From an uncultured Verrucomicrobiae bacterium (GTDB taxonomy: Bacteria; Verrucomicrobiota; Verrucomicrobiia; Limisphaerales; Palsa-1400), in the NCBI GenBank assembly GCA_963707025.1, contig CAVPOM010000006.1:192001-256000 (forward strand): 64,000 bases of DNA, in the 5' to 3' direction. Below are positions 33,043 to 41,478 of the stretch, in pieces. Every line of letters begins with the position of its first letter. Position 1 is the first letter of the stretch. The notes under the pieces were generated by a model, which had not been told where the DNA came from, made no database searches, and saw only the letters and a program-made list of their open reading frames with translations. The position numbers and the translations under genes were made by a program.

Positions 33043-35631
33043 TTGCAAAGCGACCAGACCACACAACTGTCTCCCATGATGGCGCAGTACCGCCGCATCA
33101 AAGGCGAACTGCCGCCCGAAGCCCTGCTGCTGTTCCGCCTGGGCGATTTTTACGAGATGTTCTTCGAGGACGCCAAGACCGGCGCGCAGTTGCTCAATGT
33201 CGCCCTGACCAAACGCGGCCAGACCCCCATGTGCGGCATCCCCTTCCACGCCGCCGGGGCTTACATCGCCCGCCTGCTCAAGGCCGGCCGCAAGGTGGCC
33301 ATCTGCGAACAGTTGGAGGAGGCCCGCCCCGGCCAGCTCGTCAAGCGCGAGGTCACCCAGATTCTCAGCCCGGGCACTCATTTCGACGAGCGGTTGCTCG
33401 TCTCGGATCGAAATAATTTCCTGGCCGCCATCTATCCCCGCGGCAACATCTTCGGTCTCGTCCTGGTGGATTTGACCACCGGCGATTTCAAGGCCACCGA
33501 GCTGGAAGGCCAAGCCGCCCTGCGCGCCGAACTGGACCGCGTCCGGCCCGCCGAAATCATCTACCCGGCCGGCGCGGCCCATTTGCCCGCGCTGGCGCAA
33601 CACAGCGCCGCCGTCTTCAATCCGTGCGAGGATTGGGTGTTCGCGCCGGAAACCGCCCTCTTCACCGTGCGGGAACATTTCAAAGTGGCCTCGCTCGACG
33701 GATTCGGTTTGCGGGACCGCCCGGCGGCCATCGGCGCGGCCGGGGCGGTCTTGCATTACTTGACACAACAATTGCGGCGCAATGTCTCCGGCCTGACCCG
33801 CCTTTGCTTTTATCAGCGCGCCGATTTCATGGCGCTGGATGCGGCCACGCTGCGCAACCTGGAAATTCTCGAGCCGATGCATCACGACGCCCCGCGCCCC
33901 GCCTCGCTCTATGGCGCGGTCAACCGCACCGTCACCCCGATGGGCGCGCGCCGCTTGCGCGACTGGCTCAGCTCGCCCCTGGCGGAGGCGGGGCCGATTC
34001 TGCGCCGGCGCGACGCCGTGCAACTTTGGCTGGACAACGGCGCGGCCCTGGACCAGTTCCGCCGCGATCTGGCCGAAGTGCGCGACCTGGAACGGACCCT
34101 GGGCCGCCTGGCCGCCGGCTCGGGCAACGGGCGCGATCTGGTTTCCTTGCGCCAGGCGCTGGCAAACATCCCCGCCCTCAAACAGCTTCTCCTCTCCCTG
34201 GCCGCCGCCCCTGCCGCCGCGCCGCCGGATGTTTTGCGCGAATTGCCCATGGCAGGCCCCGCCGGCCCGGCCCCGGCCAGCCCGCCCTCCTTGCTCCAGG
34301 AATTGCGCGCGCAACTGGCCGAAGCGCCCGATTTGCTGGAGTTGATTTCGCGCGCTATTGTTGACGAACCGCCCCTGGCGCTCAAAGAGGGCGGTTTGAT
34401 TCGCGACGGCTTTGATGCCGCCCTGGACGAATTGCGCCAGGCCACGCGCGGGGGCAAGGACTGGATCGCCCAATTGCAGCAGGACGAAATCGTCCGGACC
34501 GGCATCGCCTCCCTCAAAGTGCGCTTCAATTCCGTTTTCGGCTATTACATCGAAGTGACCAAATCCAACCTGGACAAAGTCCCGCCCCATTACCTCCGCA
34601 AACAAACCGTCGCCGGGGGCGAGCGCTTCATCACGCCGGAGTTGAAGGAGATGGAGGGAAAAATCCTCGGCGCGGAGGAACGCGCCATGCGCTTGGAATA
34701 TGAACTGTTCCAGCGCGTGCGCGAGGCGGTGCTGGAACAGTTGCCCGCCTTGCTGCAAACGGCGGCGGCTCTGGCGCAACTGGACGTCCTGGCCGCCTTT
34801 GCCCAGACGGCGCGCCTTTACAATTACTGCCGCCCGGAAATCGGCGGGGAGGGCCTCCTGGAAATCCGCCAGGGCCGCCATCCCGTGCTCGAGCAATGCC
34901 AGGCCGCCGAGCGCTTTGTGCCCAACGACATTCTGCTGGACCGGGCCACCCGGCAGTTGATGCTCATCACCGGGCCGAACATGGCGGGCAAAAGCACTTT
35001 CATCCGCCAGACCGCCCTCCTCGTGCTCCTGGCCCACACCGGCTCCTTTGTCCCGGCGGCCCAGGCCCGCATTGGCCTGGTGGACCGCATCTTCACCCGC
35101 ATCGGCGCCAGCGACGACCTGGCGCGCGGGCAATCCACCTTCATGGTGGAAATGAGCGAGACGGCCAACATCCTCCACCACGCCACCCCGCGCAGCCTTA
35201 TTATACTTGACGAAGTCGGCCGCGGCACCAGCACCTTTGACGGACTGAGCCTGGCCTGGTCCATCGTCGAGCACCTGCACAACGTCGTCGGGGCCAGGAC
35301 GCTGTTCGCCACCCACTACCACGAATTGACCGAGCTGGCCGCGCGCCTGCCTCGTGTCAAGAATTTCAACGTGGCCGTGCGCGAATGGAACGAGCAGATC
35401 GTCTTCCTGCGCAAAATCGTCGAAGGCGCCACCGACAAAAGCTATGGCATCCAGGTCGCCCGCCTGGCCGGCCTGCCCAAGACCGTCCTGGAGCGCGCCA
35501 AGGAAATCCTGGCCAACCTCGAAGAATCCGAGCTTACCCCCGAAGGCAAAGTCCGCCGCCACGCCCGCCGTCCCGAACTGGAAAAGCTGAAAAAGCTCGC
35601 CCCGCCCCCGCAGATGGACCTGTTCGGCTGA
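33043..35631 (+). CDS. mutS: DNA mismatch repair protein MutS
   Basis: PMMAQY, FRLGDFYEMF, TGPNMAGKST, STFMVEM, DEVGRGT, C-terminal QMDLF clamp motif. Confidence 0.98.
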   Translation: MQSDQTTQLSPMMAQYRRIKGELPPEALLLFRLGDFYEMFFEDAKTGAQLLNVALTKRGQTPMCGIPFHAAGAYIARLLKAGRKVAICEQLEEARPGQLVKREVTQILSPGTHFDERLLVSDRNNFLAAIYPRGNIFGLVLVDLTTGDFKATELEGQAALRAELDRVRPAEIIYPAGAAHLPALAQHSAAVFNPCEDWVFAPETALFTVREHFKVASLDGFGLRDRPAAIGAAGAVLHYLTQQLRRNVSGLTRLCFYQRADFMALDAATLRNLEILEPMHHDAPRPASLYGAVNRTVTPMGARRLRDWLSSPLAEAGPILRRRDAVQLWLDNGAALDQFRRDLAEVRDLERTLGRLAAGSGNGRDLVSLRQALANIPALKQLLLSLAAAPAAAPPDVLRELPMAGPAGPAPASPPSLLQELRAQLAEAPDLLELISRAIVDEPPLALKEGGLIRDGFDAALDELRQATRGGKDWIAQLQQDEIVRTGIASLKVRFNSVFGYYIEVTKSNLDKVPPHYLRKQTVAGGERFITPELKEMEGKILGAEERAMRLEYELFQRVREAVLEQLPALLQTAAALAQLDVLAAFAQTARLYNYCRPEIGGEGLLEIRQGRHPVLEQCQAAERFVPNDILLDRATRQLMLITGPNMAGKSTFIRQTALLVLLAHTGSFVPAAQARIGLVDRIFTRIGASDDLARGQSTFMVEMSETANILHHATPRSLIILDEVGRGTSTFDGLSLAWSIVEHLHNVVGARTLFATHYHELTELAARLPRVKNFNVAVREWNEQIVFLRKIVEGATDKSYGIQVARLAGLPKTVLERAKEILANLEESELTPEGKVRRHARRPELEKLKKLAPPPQMDLFG

Positions 35632-35636
35632 CGCGG

Positions 35637-35752
35637 GGGAATGGAGGGATGGAGTGATGGAAATGCAGAATGCAGAATGCAGAATGCAGAATGAAAAATG
35701 CAGAATGGAAAATGCAGAATTCCGAATCCGTGGAATCCGTGAAATCCGTGGT
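35637..35752 (+). repeat. adjacent simple repeats with 8-, 7- (AATGCAG) and 9-bp (GAATCCGTG) periods
   Basis: Read directly after the mutS stop. Confidence 0.9.
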
Positions 35753-35779
35753 AAAAATCCTCGCGATGCGGAGCGCATC

Positions 35780-36072
35780 TGCCCGATGCAGTGGCGTCGC
35801 AGCGCAAATTTCTGCGCGAGGGAGCTTACCGCGCCCGGAACATTTTACGGCCAAGCTGTTTTGCAGCGTCGAGTTTTGGATTGCCTGCCCGCCGTAGCTC
35901 GCAGAGCGAAGGAGGGAAGGTCTGCCGAAATTGATCGGCTTTTGTGTGAGATCGCCGCACCAGCAATTCCGAATTCCGGGCTTGATCCTTTCACCCTCTC
36001 ACTTTCGTTCATAAGCGTTTGCAGTGCAATCTGTTGCAGTTGAGATAGGACTAAACTATAGGGTGACGCCTT
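35780..36072 (+). repeat. 'TA-tail' repeat, copy B, with a 33-bp REP-like insert
   Basis: GCCAAGCTGTTTTGCAGCGTCGAGTTTTGGATT[insert]GAAGGTCTGCCGAAATTGATCGG...AATTCCGAATTCCGGGCTTGATCC, then TAAGCGTTTGCAGTGCAA...GGGGTGACGCC. Confidence 0.88.
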
Positions 36073-36117
36073 TGCCAGCCGCTTGATTCTTCGCCCGGCA
36101 CAATGTAGTTTTCCCGG

Positions 36118-36318
36118 ATGACCGCTGTCGCCAACAAGCTGCTGGACGATTTCAAGAAGCTCGCCCCGCACGAGCAATTGATCGTCCGCGAAAGAGTGAT
36201 CTCCCTCACCGAAGTCCGCCAGCGCGAGGCCTTGAACCGCCTGCGGGGCTCCAGCGCCGGGAAGGGGCTGCTGGACAAACTGCTCGCCGACCGGGCCAGG
36301 GAGCGCGCCCGTGGCTGA
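36118..36318 (+). CDS. putative antitoxin (VapB-like)
   Basis: 66 aa, overlaps the PIN gene, ends LLADRARERARG. Confidence 0.75.
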   Translation: MTAVANKLLDDFKKLAPHEQLIVRERVISLTEVRQREALNRLRGSSAGKGLLDKLLADRARERARG

Positions 36319-36739
36319 CGCGATCGTCTTGGACACTTCGGCCATTTTGACCCTGACCGGCAACGAACCCGGGGCCGACGAAGTGCAGACGTATCTGGCG
36401 GAGGCCATCGCAGGGCGCATTCAGTTGCACGGCTCGTTCGCCAGCCTGACCGAGGTGGAATACATCACCGCGCAGGAGGAGGGAGCGGAGGCCGCCCGCC
36501 AGCGGCTGGCTGACCTCAACGCGATGCCCGTCCAATGGCTGCACTCGGACGCCGCCCTGTGCCACGAGGCGGCGAGGCTCAAGGCAGCGCACAAAATTTC
36601 ATTCGCCGACGCCTTTATCGCGGCCACCGCCAGCCGGTTCGACGCCACGCTTGTGCATAAAGACCCGGAGTTCCACCCGCTCGCTGCCGAGGTGAAGCAG
36701 CACTTGCTCCCGCCAAAGTCCGGTGCCCCAAGCTCGTGA
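36311..36739 (+). CDS. vapC: VapC PIN-domain toxin
   Basis: VLDTSA, EPGAD, ISFADAFIAATA, LVHKDPEF. Confidence 0.92.
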   Translation: MADAIVLDTSAILTLTGNEPGADEVQTYLAEAIAGRIQLHGSFASLTEVEYITAQEEGAEAARQRLADLNAMPVQWLHSDAALCHEAARLKAAHKISFADAFIAATASRFDATLVHKDPEFHPLAAEVKQHLLPPKSGAPSS

Positions 36740-36793
36740 AGGCCGGTTCATCTGGTATGGACGGCTCTCTCCGCGCTGTCTGTTCCCATTTCG

Positions 36794-36915
36794 CCTGTCC
36801 ACCGTCCTGTCCGCCGTCCTGTCCACCGTCCTGTCCACCGTAGGCCCTGCGAAGGTGGAAGGCCCGGCGAAGGTGGAAGGCCGTAAGAAGGCGGAAGCTC
36901 GCAGAGCGAAGGAGG
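36794..36915 (+). repeat. nested GTAG REP-like palindromes
   Basis: Four CCTGTCCRCCGT left arms followed by three 18-bp AGGCC..GAAGGYGGA arms and one AGCTCGCAGAGCGAAGGAGG arm. Confidence 0.9.
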
Positions 36916-37070
36916 GAACGTCTGCCGAAATTGATCGGGCTTTGTGAGAGTACCGCAATTGGAACTCCGAATTCTGGGCTTGATCCAATTAACACTAAGC
37001 ACTTGCAGTCCAACTGGTTACTATTTACAGTGGGCAAAAGTATGGGTTACCCCTTAGAGACCCCTTAGAC
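36916..37070 (+). repeat. 'TA-tail' repeat, copy C
   Basis: GAACGTCTGCCGAAATTGATCGGGCTTTGTGAGAGTACCGCAATT...CCGAATTCTGGGCTTGATCC, then TAAGCACTTGCAGTCCAA...GGGTTACCCC. Confidence 0.88.
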
Positions 37071-37181
37071 GCTCAGGCAGATACGCCAAAGCAGGACTTG
37101 GCCCCCAATGATGATGTTCGATTTTCCATAATCCGTCAATTGCCCGGCGCAGCGGTTGTTGCCTCGACCGACTGGTTAGCG
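37065..37181 (-). other. attC-like recombination site (R' box missing)
   Basis: R''-like CGCTAAC overlapping the stop codon, 5-bp spacer, L''-like GGTCGAGG(CA); L'-like (TG)CCTGAGC at 37071-37079 with one unpaired G. Confidence 0.6.
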
Positions 37182-37655
37182 CCGAATGTCATCAAGAACC
37201 TTCTCCTGAGCAATCTTCTGCATCATGCGCGATATCTTCTCCTTGTCGTGTTCGGCCACAAACTGAACAGCAAATTCTCTGAAACGTCGCCGGCAAAGAT
37301 ACCAGGCGCTCGAAAGGTTCAAAGCAACGAACAAGGAAAAGGCCAATGCAGCACGAAGCGGCTTCACATTCGGATGGTGAAGCACAATCCTGGCGTTCCA
37401 AATCAGTACAATGCCCCACCAGACGAAAAAAACGACAGCGAACCAGCGATAGAAACGCCTCATCTGGACAAGGCCGACGGTCAGCCATGCCACAACAGCG
37501 AAACCGACAGCCTCAACATTATACCAAAGCATCGGAATCGTCTCGCCTGCCGCTTGATAGGCCTTCATCGGTCGCGCGACCAACCCGTTCACTTGCGTGA
37601 GGAGGGCCAAACAACACCATGCTGCCACAAAGCAGAAAATGCGAGGACGCTTCAT
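37176..37655 (-). CDS. hypothetical 4-TM membrane protein, integron-cassette-like
   Basis: GTTAGCT core site 3 nt before the ATG, attC-like site at the stop, atypical codon usage. Confidence 0.75.
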   Translation of the reverse strand: MKRPRIFCFVAAWCCLALLTQVNGLVARPMKAYQAAGETIPMLWYNVEAVGFAVVAWLTVGLVQMRRFYRWFAVVFFVWWGIVLIWNARIVLHHPNVKPLRAALAFSLFVALNLSSAWYLCRRRFREFAVQFVAEHDKEKISRMMQKIAQEKVLDDIRR

Positions 37656-37695
37656 AGGAGCTAACAATTATTCAGACGTTCGCATGGTCGCAGAC

Positions 37696-38703
37696 TAGAG
37701 CATTTCCATAAATCATGTAGCGTAGCGGGCGTTTAAAAAGAAGCCCCGGCAATCGGCGGTGGAGATGGCTTCAAAGGCAATCTTCGCCGCTTGGAGCAGT
37801 TCCTTGGCGGTTCGCGGCGCGAGACCTCGCATAATTTGTTTGACCTTGCTCCACATATTTTCGATGGGATTAAAGTCTGGCGAATAGGGCGGCAGATACA
37901 GCAGCGTTGCCCCGGCCTCTTCGATGGCTTGGCGGACTCCGGTCACCTTATGCGTGGCCAAGTTGTCCATGATGACCAAGTTACCCTTGCGCAACTCCAC
38001 CACCAGCCCCTGCTGGATCCAGGCCAAAAACATTTCCCCGTCCATGGCCCCCTCAAAGAGGCAGGGGGCCGCAGGCCCGGCCAGACGAATGGCGCAGACC
38101 AGGGTGGTGGTCTGATAATGTCCCTGCGGGACGTGGGCCGCCAGTCTTCGGCCCACGGGTGACCGCCCGCAAAAACGGGTCATCTTGGTGTTGGCCCCGC
38201 TTTCATCCACGAAGACCAGTCGGGCAGGTGGGTCACTTGCCAGACGCTCATGCCAATGGGCCCGCTTTTCGGCCACGTCCGGACGGTTCTGCTCGGCGGC
38301 GCAGAGCGTTTTTTTTATAGCTCAACCCCAGTTTGCGCAGCCACAAATCCACAGTGGAGGTCCCGAAAGGGCGGTCCAGACGCGCCCCCAACTCGGCCAA
38401 CGTCGCGTCGGGCTGGGCCGCCACCAGCTTTTGCAGGCGAGCCTGGCGTCCGGCGTTCAGCAGCGTTTTGCGCCCGCACAAATGGGTTTGCGGCTGGAGC
38501 GTGCCGCGCTCTTGGAACTGCTGCCGGACCCGGCGCACCGCCGCCACGCAAAAGCCGAAAAAGTCCGCGATCTCGCGGGTGCTTTTGCCTTGTTCATAGA
38601 GTTGCAGGATGCGCTCGCGCGCAGACACGGGTATCGCTCGCATGGCTCAAGCCTGCCAGCCCTCTCGCCCCAGTCAAGCTATATCATTTATGGAAACGCT
38701 CTA
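37696..38703 (-). mobile_element. IS630-family insertion sequence
   Basis: Terminal inverted repeats TAGAGCATTTCCATAAAT / ATTTATGGAAACGCTCTA (17/18), CTAG at both ends (TA target). Confidence 0.93.
37713..38643 (-). CDS. IS630 transposase in two frames joined at an A8 run (38309-38316)
   Basis: HTH ORF ending SYKK; FVDESG, MDNLATHK, LPPYSPDFNPIE catalytic motifs. Confidence 0.9.
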
Positions 38704-38709
38704 GATCAC

Positions 38710-38895
38710 TGGGTCAAGTGTTACGTTTTGATTCAATTCACGCTGAGGCTCGATCAATTTCGGCAGACGTTCCAACCAAAACTCGACGTTGCAAAACAGC
38801 TTGGCGGTGAAATCCTCCGACCACAGTTGGCTCTTGCGCAAAAATTTCCGCTTCTCCGGCGGCGGGTTTGCCCAACGGCGACGCCGCATGGGACG
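38710..38895 (-). repeat. 'TA-tail' repeat, copy D (reverse strand)
   Basis: Reverse complement GCCAAGCTGTTTTGCAACGTCGAGTTTTGGTTGGAACGTCTGCCGAAATTGATCG...CTTGACCC. Confidence 0.88.
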
Positions 38896-38956
38896 CCGCA
38901 GTTGCACGGCCTGGCTGGCGCTCACTTCCCGATCTTGCCGCTTCCGGAGCTCTTGT

Positions 38957-39238
38957 TCAATAAACCTCGTCGTGTGTTCCAACGCCTTCAAGCAGAATGG
39001 CTTCTTGTCCGCTATGTTTGACAAATTGAAAGACGATGCGGAGGTCATACCCGGCGCTACAGGCCCACGATCCGGCCAGCTTCCCCTTTAACTTGTGAGA
39101 TTTGAGCTGCGGATGAAAGGCATCGGCCGCAAGCAACTCCAGCGTCAATTGCAATTCCGGCCCGAGTCGAGGATGTTTTTGAACGAAGCGCCGTGCGGAA
39201 CGCACAAAGGCCTTGGAGGGAAGGAGCAGGCGTTTCAA
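38957..39238 (-). CDS. RelE/StbE/YafQ-family toxin
   Basis: HPQLKSHKLKGKLAGSWACSAGYDLRIVF...GTHDEVY; TTG start overlaps the antitoxin TGA. Confidence 0.88.
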   Translation of the reverse strand: MKRLLLPSKAFVRSARRFVQKHPRLGPELQLTLELLAADAFHPQLKSHKLKGKLAGSWACSAGYDLRIVFQFVKHSGQEAILLEGVGTHDEVY

Positions 39239-39441
39239 GCAAGGATGCGTTTGACGATCTGTTTCGGCGTGGCAGGACGGCAACAGCCTCCTTCAAATTC
39301 CCGGCGCGCCGATTTCACCGCTTGGAGCAGAGTTTCGCGGCGGCGTTCTGCGAGACGATGTTGCAAGACCTCGACCAGGGATTCCTGTTCTTCGACGCCC
39401 AATTCGTCAGCCGAATCCAACACCTGTGCAAATGTCTTCAT
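39235..39441 (-). CDS. putative antitoxin
   Basis: 68 aa, translationally coupled to the RelE-like toxin. Confidence 0.75.
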   Translation of the reverse strand: MKTFAQVLDSADELGVEEQESLVEVLQHRLAERRRETLLQAVKSARREFEGGCCRPATPKQIVKRILA

Positions 39442-39565
39442 GGCTGTGATAATATGCCTGTTCATCAGAGAATGCAAGCGCCAGGACCGTCACCGAGAAC
39501 CGTCTTCCGAGGCGGGAGGAACTCATCGAAGACCTCACCGACCTGATGAAGGGCGGTAAGCTGGA

Positions 39566-39650
39566 TGTAACACAATGTAACGGGGTGTAACGGGGGCAGT
39601 TTTCGTAAACCCTTGATAATCAACAACTGTAACGGTGTAACGGGTGTAGC
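39566..39650 (+). repeat. TGTAAC iteron-like repeats
   Basis: Five TGTAAC plus one TGTAGC, in two groups of three around TAAACCCTTGATAATCAA. Confidence 0.75.
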
Positions 39651-39742
39651 GCATCTCACCCTGCCTGCAAGAGTGGGCCTCGAACAAGTCGCCACCCACA
39701 AACGAGTCGCAAGCCTTTCCCCGGACACCCAAGGCTCGCCGC

Positions 39743-40519
39743 TCAGCGGGCCAGCCAGCCGCCGTCCACGTTCAGGATAGTCCCGTTCAAATAATCGGCC
39801 TCGGGCGAGGCCAGGAAAACGCAGCCGCCCGCAATGTCTTCGGGCTGGCCCCAGCGGCCTTCCGGGATGCGATCCAGGATGGTCTGGCTGCGCTTGGCGT
39901 CTTCGCGGATGGGGCGGGTGTTCTCGGTCGCGATGTAGCCGGGGGCGATGGCGTTGACGTTGATGCGCTCCCGCGCCCATTCGTTGGCCAGGGCCTTGGC
40001 GATGCCGGCGATGCCGTGTTTGCTGGCGGTGTAGGCCGGCACAAACAGGCCCCCTTGAAAGGACAGCATCGAGGCAATGTTGACAATTTTCAACCGCGCC
40101 TCGGCGGGGGATTTCTCGCGCCCGCCTGTCATCCACCAGCGCGCCGCCGCCTGGCAAAGAAAAAACGGCGCGCTCAGGTTCAGGCGCAGCACCGCGTCCC
40201 AGTCCGCCTCGGAAAAATCCACCGCCGGGGCGCGCCGGATGATGCCCGCGTTATTGATCAGTCCGTCAATCCGCCCGGCCTCATTCAAAACCTGCGCCAC
40301 AACCTCGCCCGCCTCCTTTTGTCTCCCCTGGCCAAGGTCGGCGGTCACGGCAATAAATTCGCCCCCGGCCTGGCGGCATTGCGCCGCCGTCTCGTTTTGT
40401 TCGCCGATGTCCACCCCGGCGACTTTGGCCCCTTCGCGGGCGAAGGCCACGGCGTAACCCTGGCCCAGGCCGCGGCTCGCGCCAGTGACGACGATGACTT
40501 TGTTGGCGAATCGTTTCAT
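39743..40519 (-). CDS. kduD: 2-dehydro-3-deoxy-D-gluconate 5-dehydrogenase
   Basis: SDR: NNAGIIRR, ASMLSFQGG, YTASKHG, ANEWA, VDGGWLAR; adjacent to kduI. Confidence 0.9.
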   Translation of the reverse strand: MKRFANKVIVVTGASRGLGQGYAVAFAREGAKVAGVDIGEQNETAAQCRQAGGEFIAVTADLGQGRQKEAGEVVAQVLNEAGRIDGLINNAGIIRRAPAVDFSEADWDAVLRLNLSAPFFLCQAAARWWMTGGREKSPAEARLKIVNIASMLSFQGGLFVPAYTASKHGIAGIAKALANEWARERINVNAIAPGYIATENTRPIREDAKRSQTILDRIPEGRWGQPEDIAGGCVFLASPEADYLNGTILNVDGGWLAR

Positions 40520-40541
40520 GGTGAGGGTTTGTTGATTTGGT

Positions 40542-41378
40542 TCAGCGCAAATCGCCGGGTTTCACATGGTCCATGTCATCAAAGGACTGATTCTCTCCGG
40601 CCATGCCCCAAATAAATTTGTAGTTGCCGAATCCGCAGCCGGCATGGATGGACCAGGAGGGCGACAGCACCGCCTGCTCATTGTGGATGAACAAATGCCG
40701 GGTGGCCGCCGGTTCGCCCATGTAATGGACCAGCACGCGTTCGCCCAGGTCGAAATAAAAATAAACCTCCGTCCGCCGGCTGTGGGTGTGCGGGGGAAAA
40801 GTGTTCCAGACATTGCCCTCGGCCAGTTCGGTGTAACCCATGACGAGCTGGCAACTGCGCAGGCCCCCCGTGTGAATGTATTTGCGGATGGTGCGCAGGT
40901 TGGCGCTGGCCTGGCTTCCCAGCGTCACCGCCCCCGCCTCGCCCCGCGTCAGCACGGCCGCCGGAAAGGCCGCGTGGGCCGGACAGCTCAAAAAGAAAAA
41001 CTTGGCCAGACGGTCCGGATCCTTGCTGGCAAAGGCCACTTTGCGCGTGCCGGCGCCGAGATAGAGGCAGGCCAGCGAATCCACCGCCATGGTCTTGCCG
41101 TCCACATGCGCCTCGCCCGGACCGCCCGTGTTGATCGCGCCCAATTCGCGCTGCTCCAGAAAAAAAGGCCGGCCGGTTTCCCAATGGCTGGGCAACTCCA
41201 CCGGCTCGCGCGACGGCTCAATCCCCCCGGCGGCCAGCCGGTCCAGATCGGTGAACACGCCGTTGACCTCTCCCGGCGAGTAGAGGTCTTGCACCAGAAA
41301 AGTGCCCCGCAATTCCTCCGTGGTCATCCGTCCGGCTTCGGCCGGACGCGGCATTCGGCGAATGGTGTTTTGAATCAT
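40542..41378 (-). CDS. kduI: 5-dehydro-4-deoxy-D-glucuronate isomerase
   Basis: SCQLVMG, WNTFPPHTH, SPSWSIH, WGMAGENQ. Confidence 0.93.
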   Translation of the reverse strand: MIQNTIRRMPRPAEAGRMTTEELRGTFLVQDLYSPGEVNGVFTDLDRLAAGGIEPSREPVELPSHWETGRPFFLEQRELGAINTGGPGEAHVDGKTMAVDSLACLYLGAGTRKVAFASKDPDRLAKFFFLSCPAHAAFPAAVLTRGEAGAVTLGSQASANLRTIRKYIHTGGLRSCQLVMGYTELAEGNVWNTFPPHTHSRRTEVYFYFDLGERVLVHYMGEPAATRHLFIHNEQAVLSPSWSIHAGCGFGNYKFIWGMAGENQSFDDMDHVKPGDLR

Positions 41379-41478
41379 GGCCTTTGAATCTAAATTTTTG
41401 GCGGCGCGTTTTCAATTGAATTCTCCGTCCCTTTGGCGGCAAAATGAGCCGGTTCAGCCAAACAGCAATACATGCTTT

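Noticed and set aside
36794..36915. Possible CRISPR array
   Set aside because: Units are contiguous with no unique spacers, are too short, and no cas genes are present.
38701..39048. 115-aa ORF as an intact gene
   Set aside because: It overlaps the RelE toxin and consists of tail-repeat sequence whose other copies are frameshifted or interrupted.
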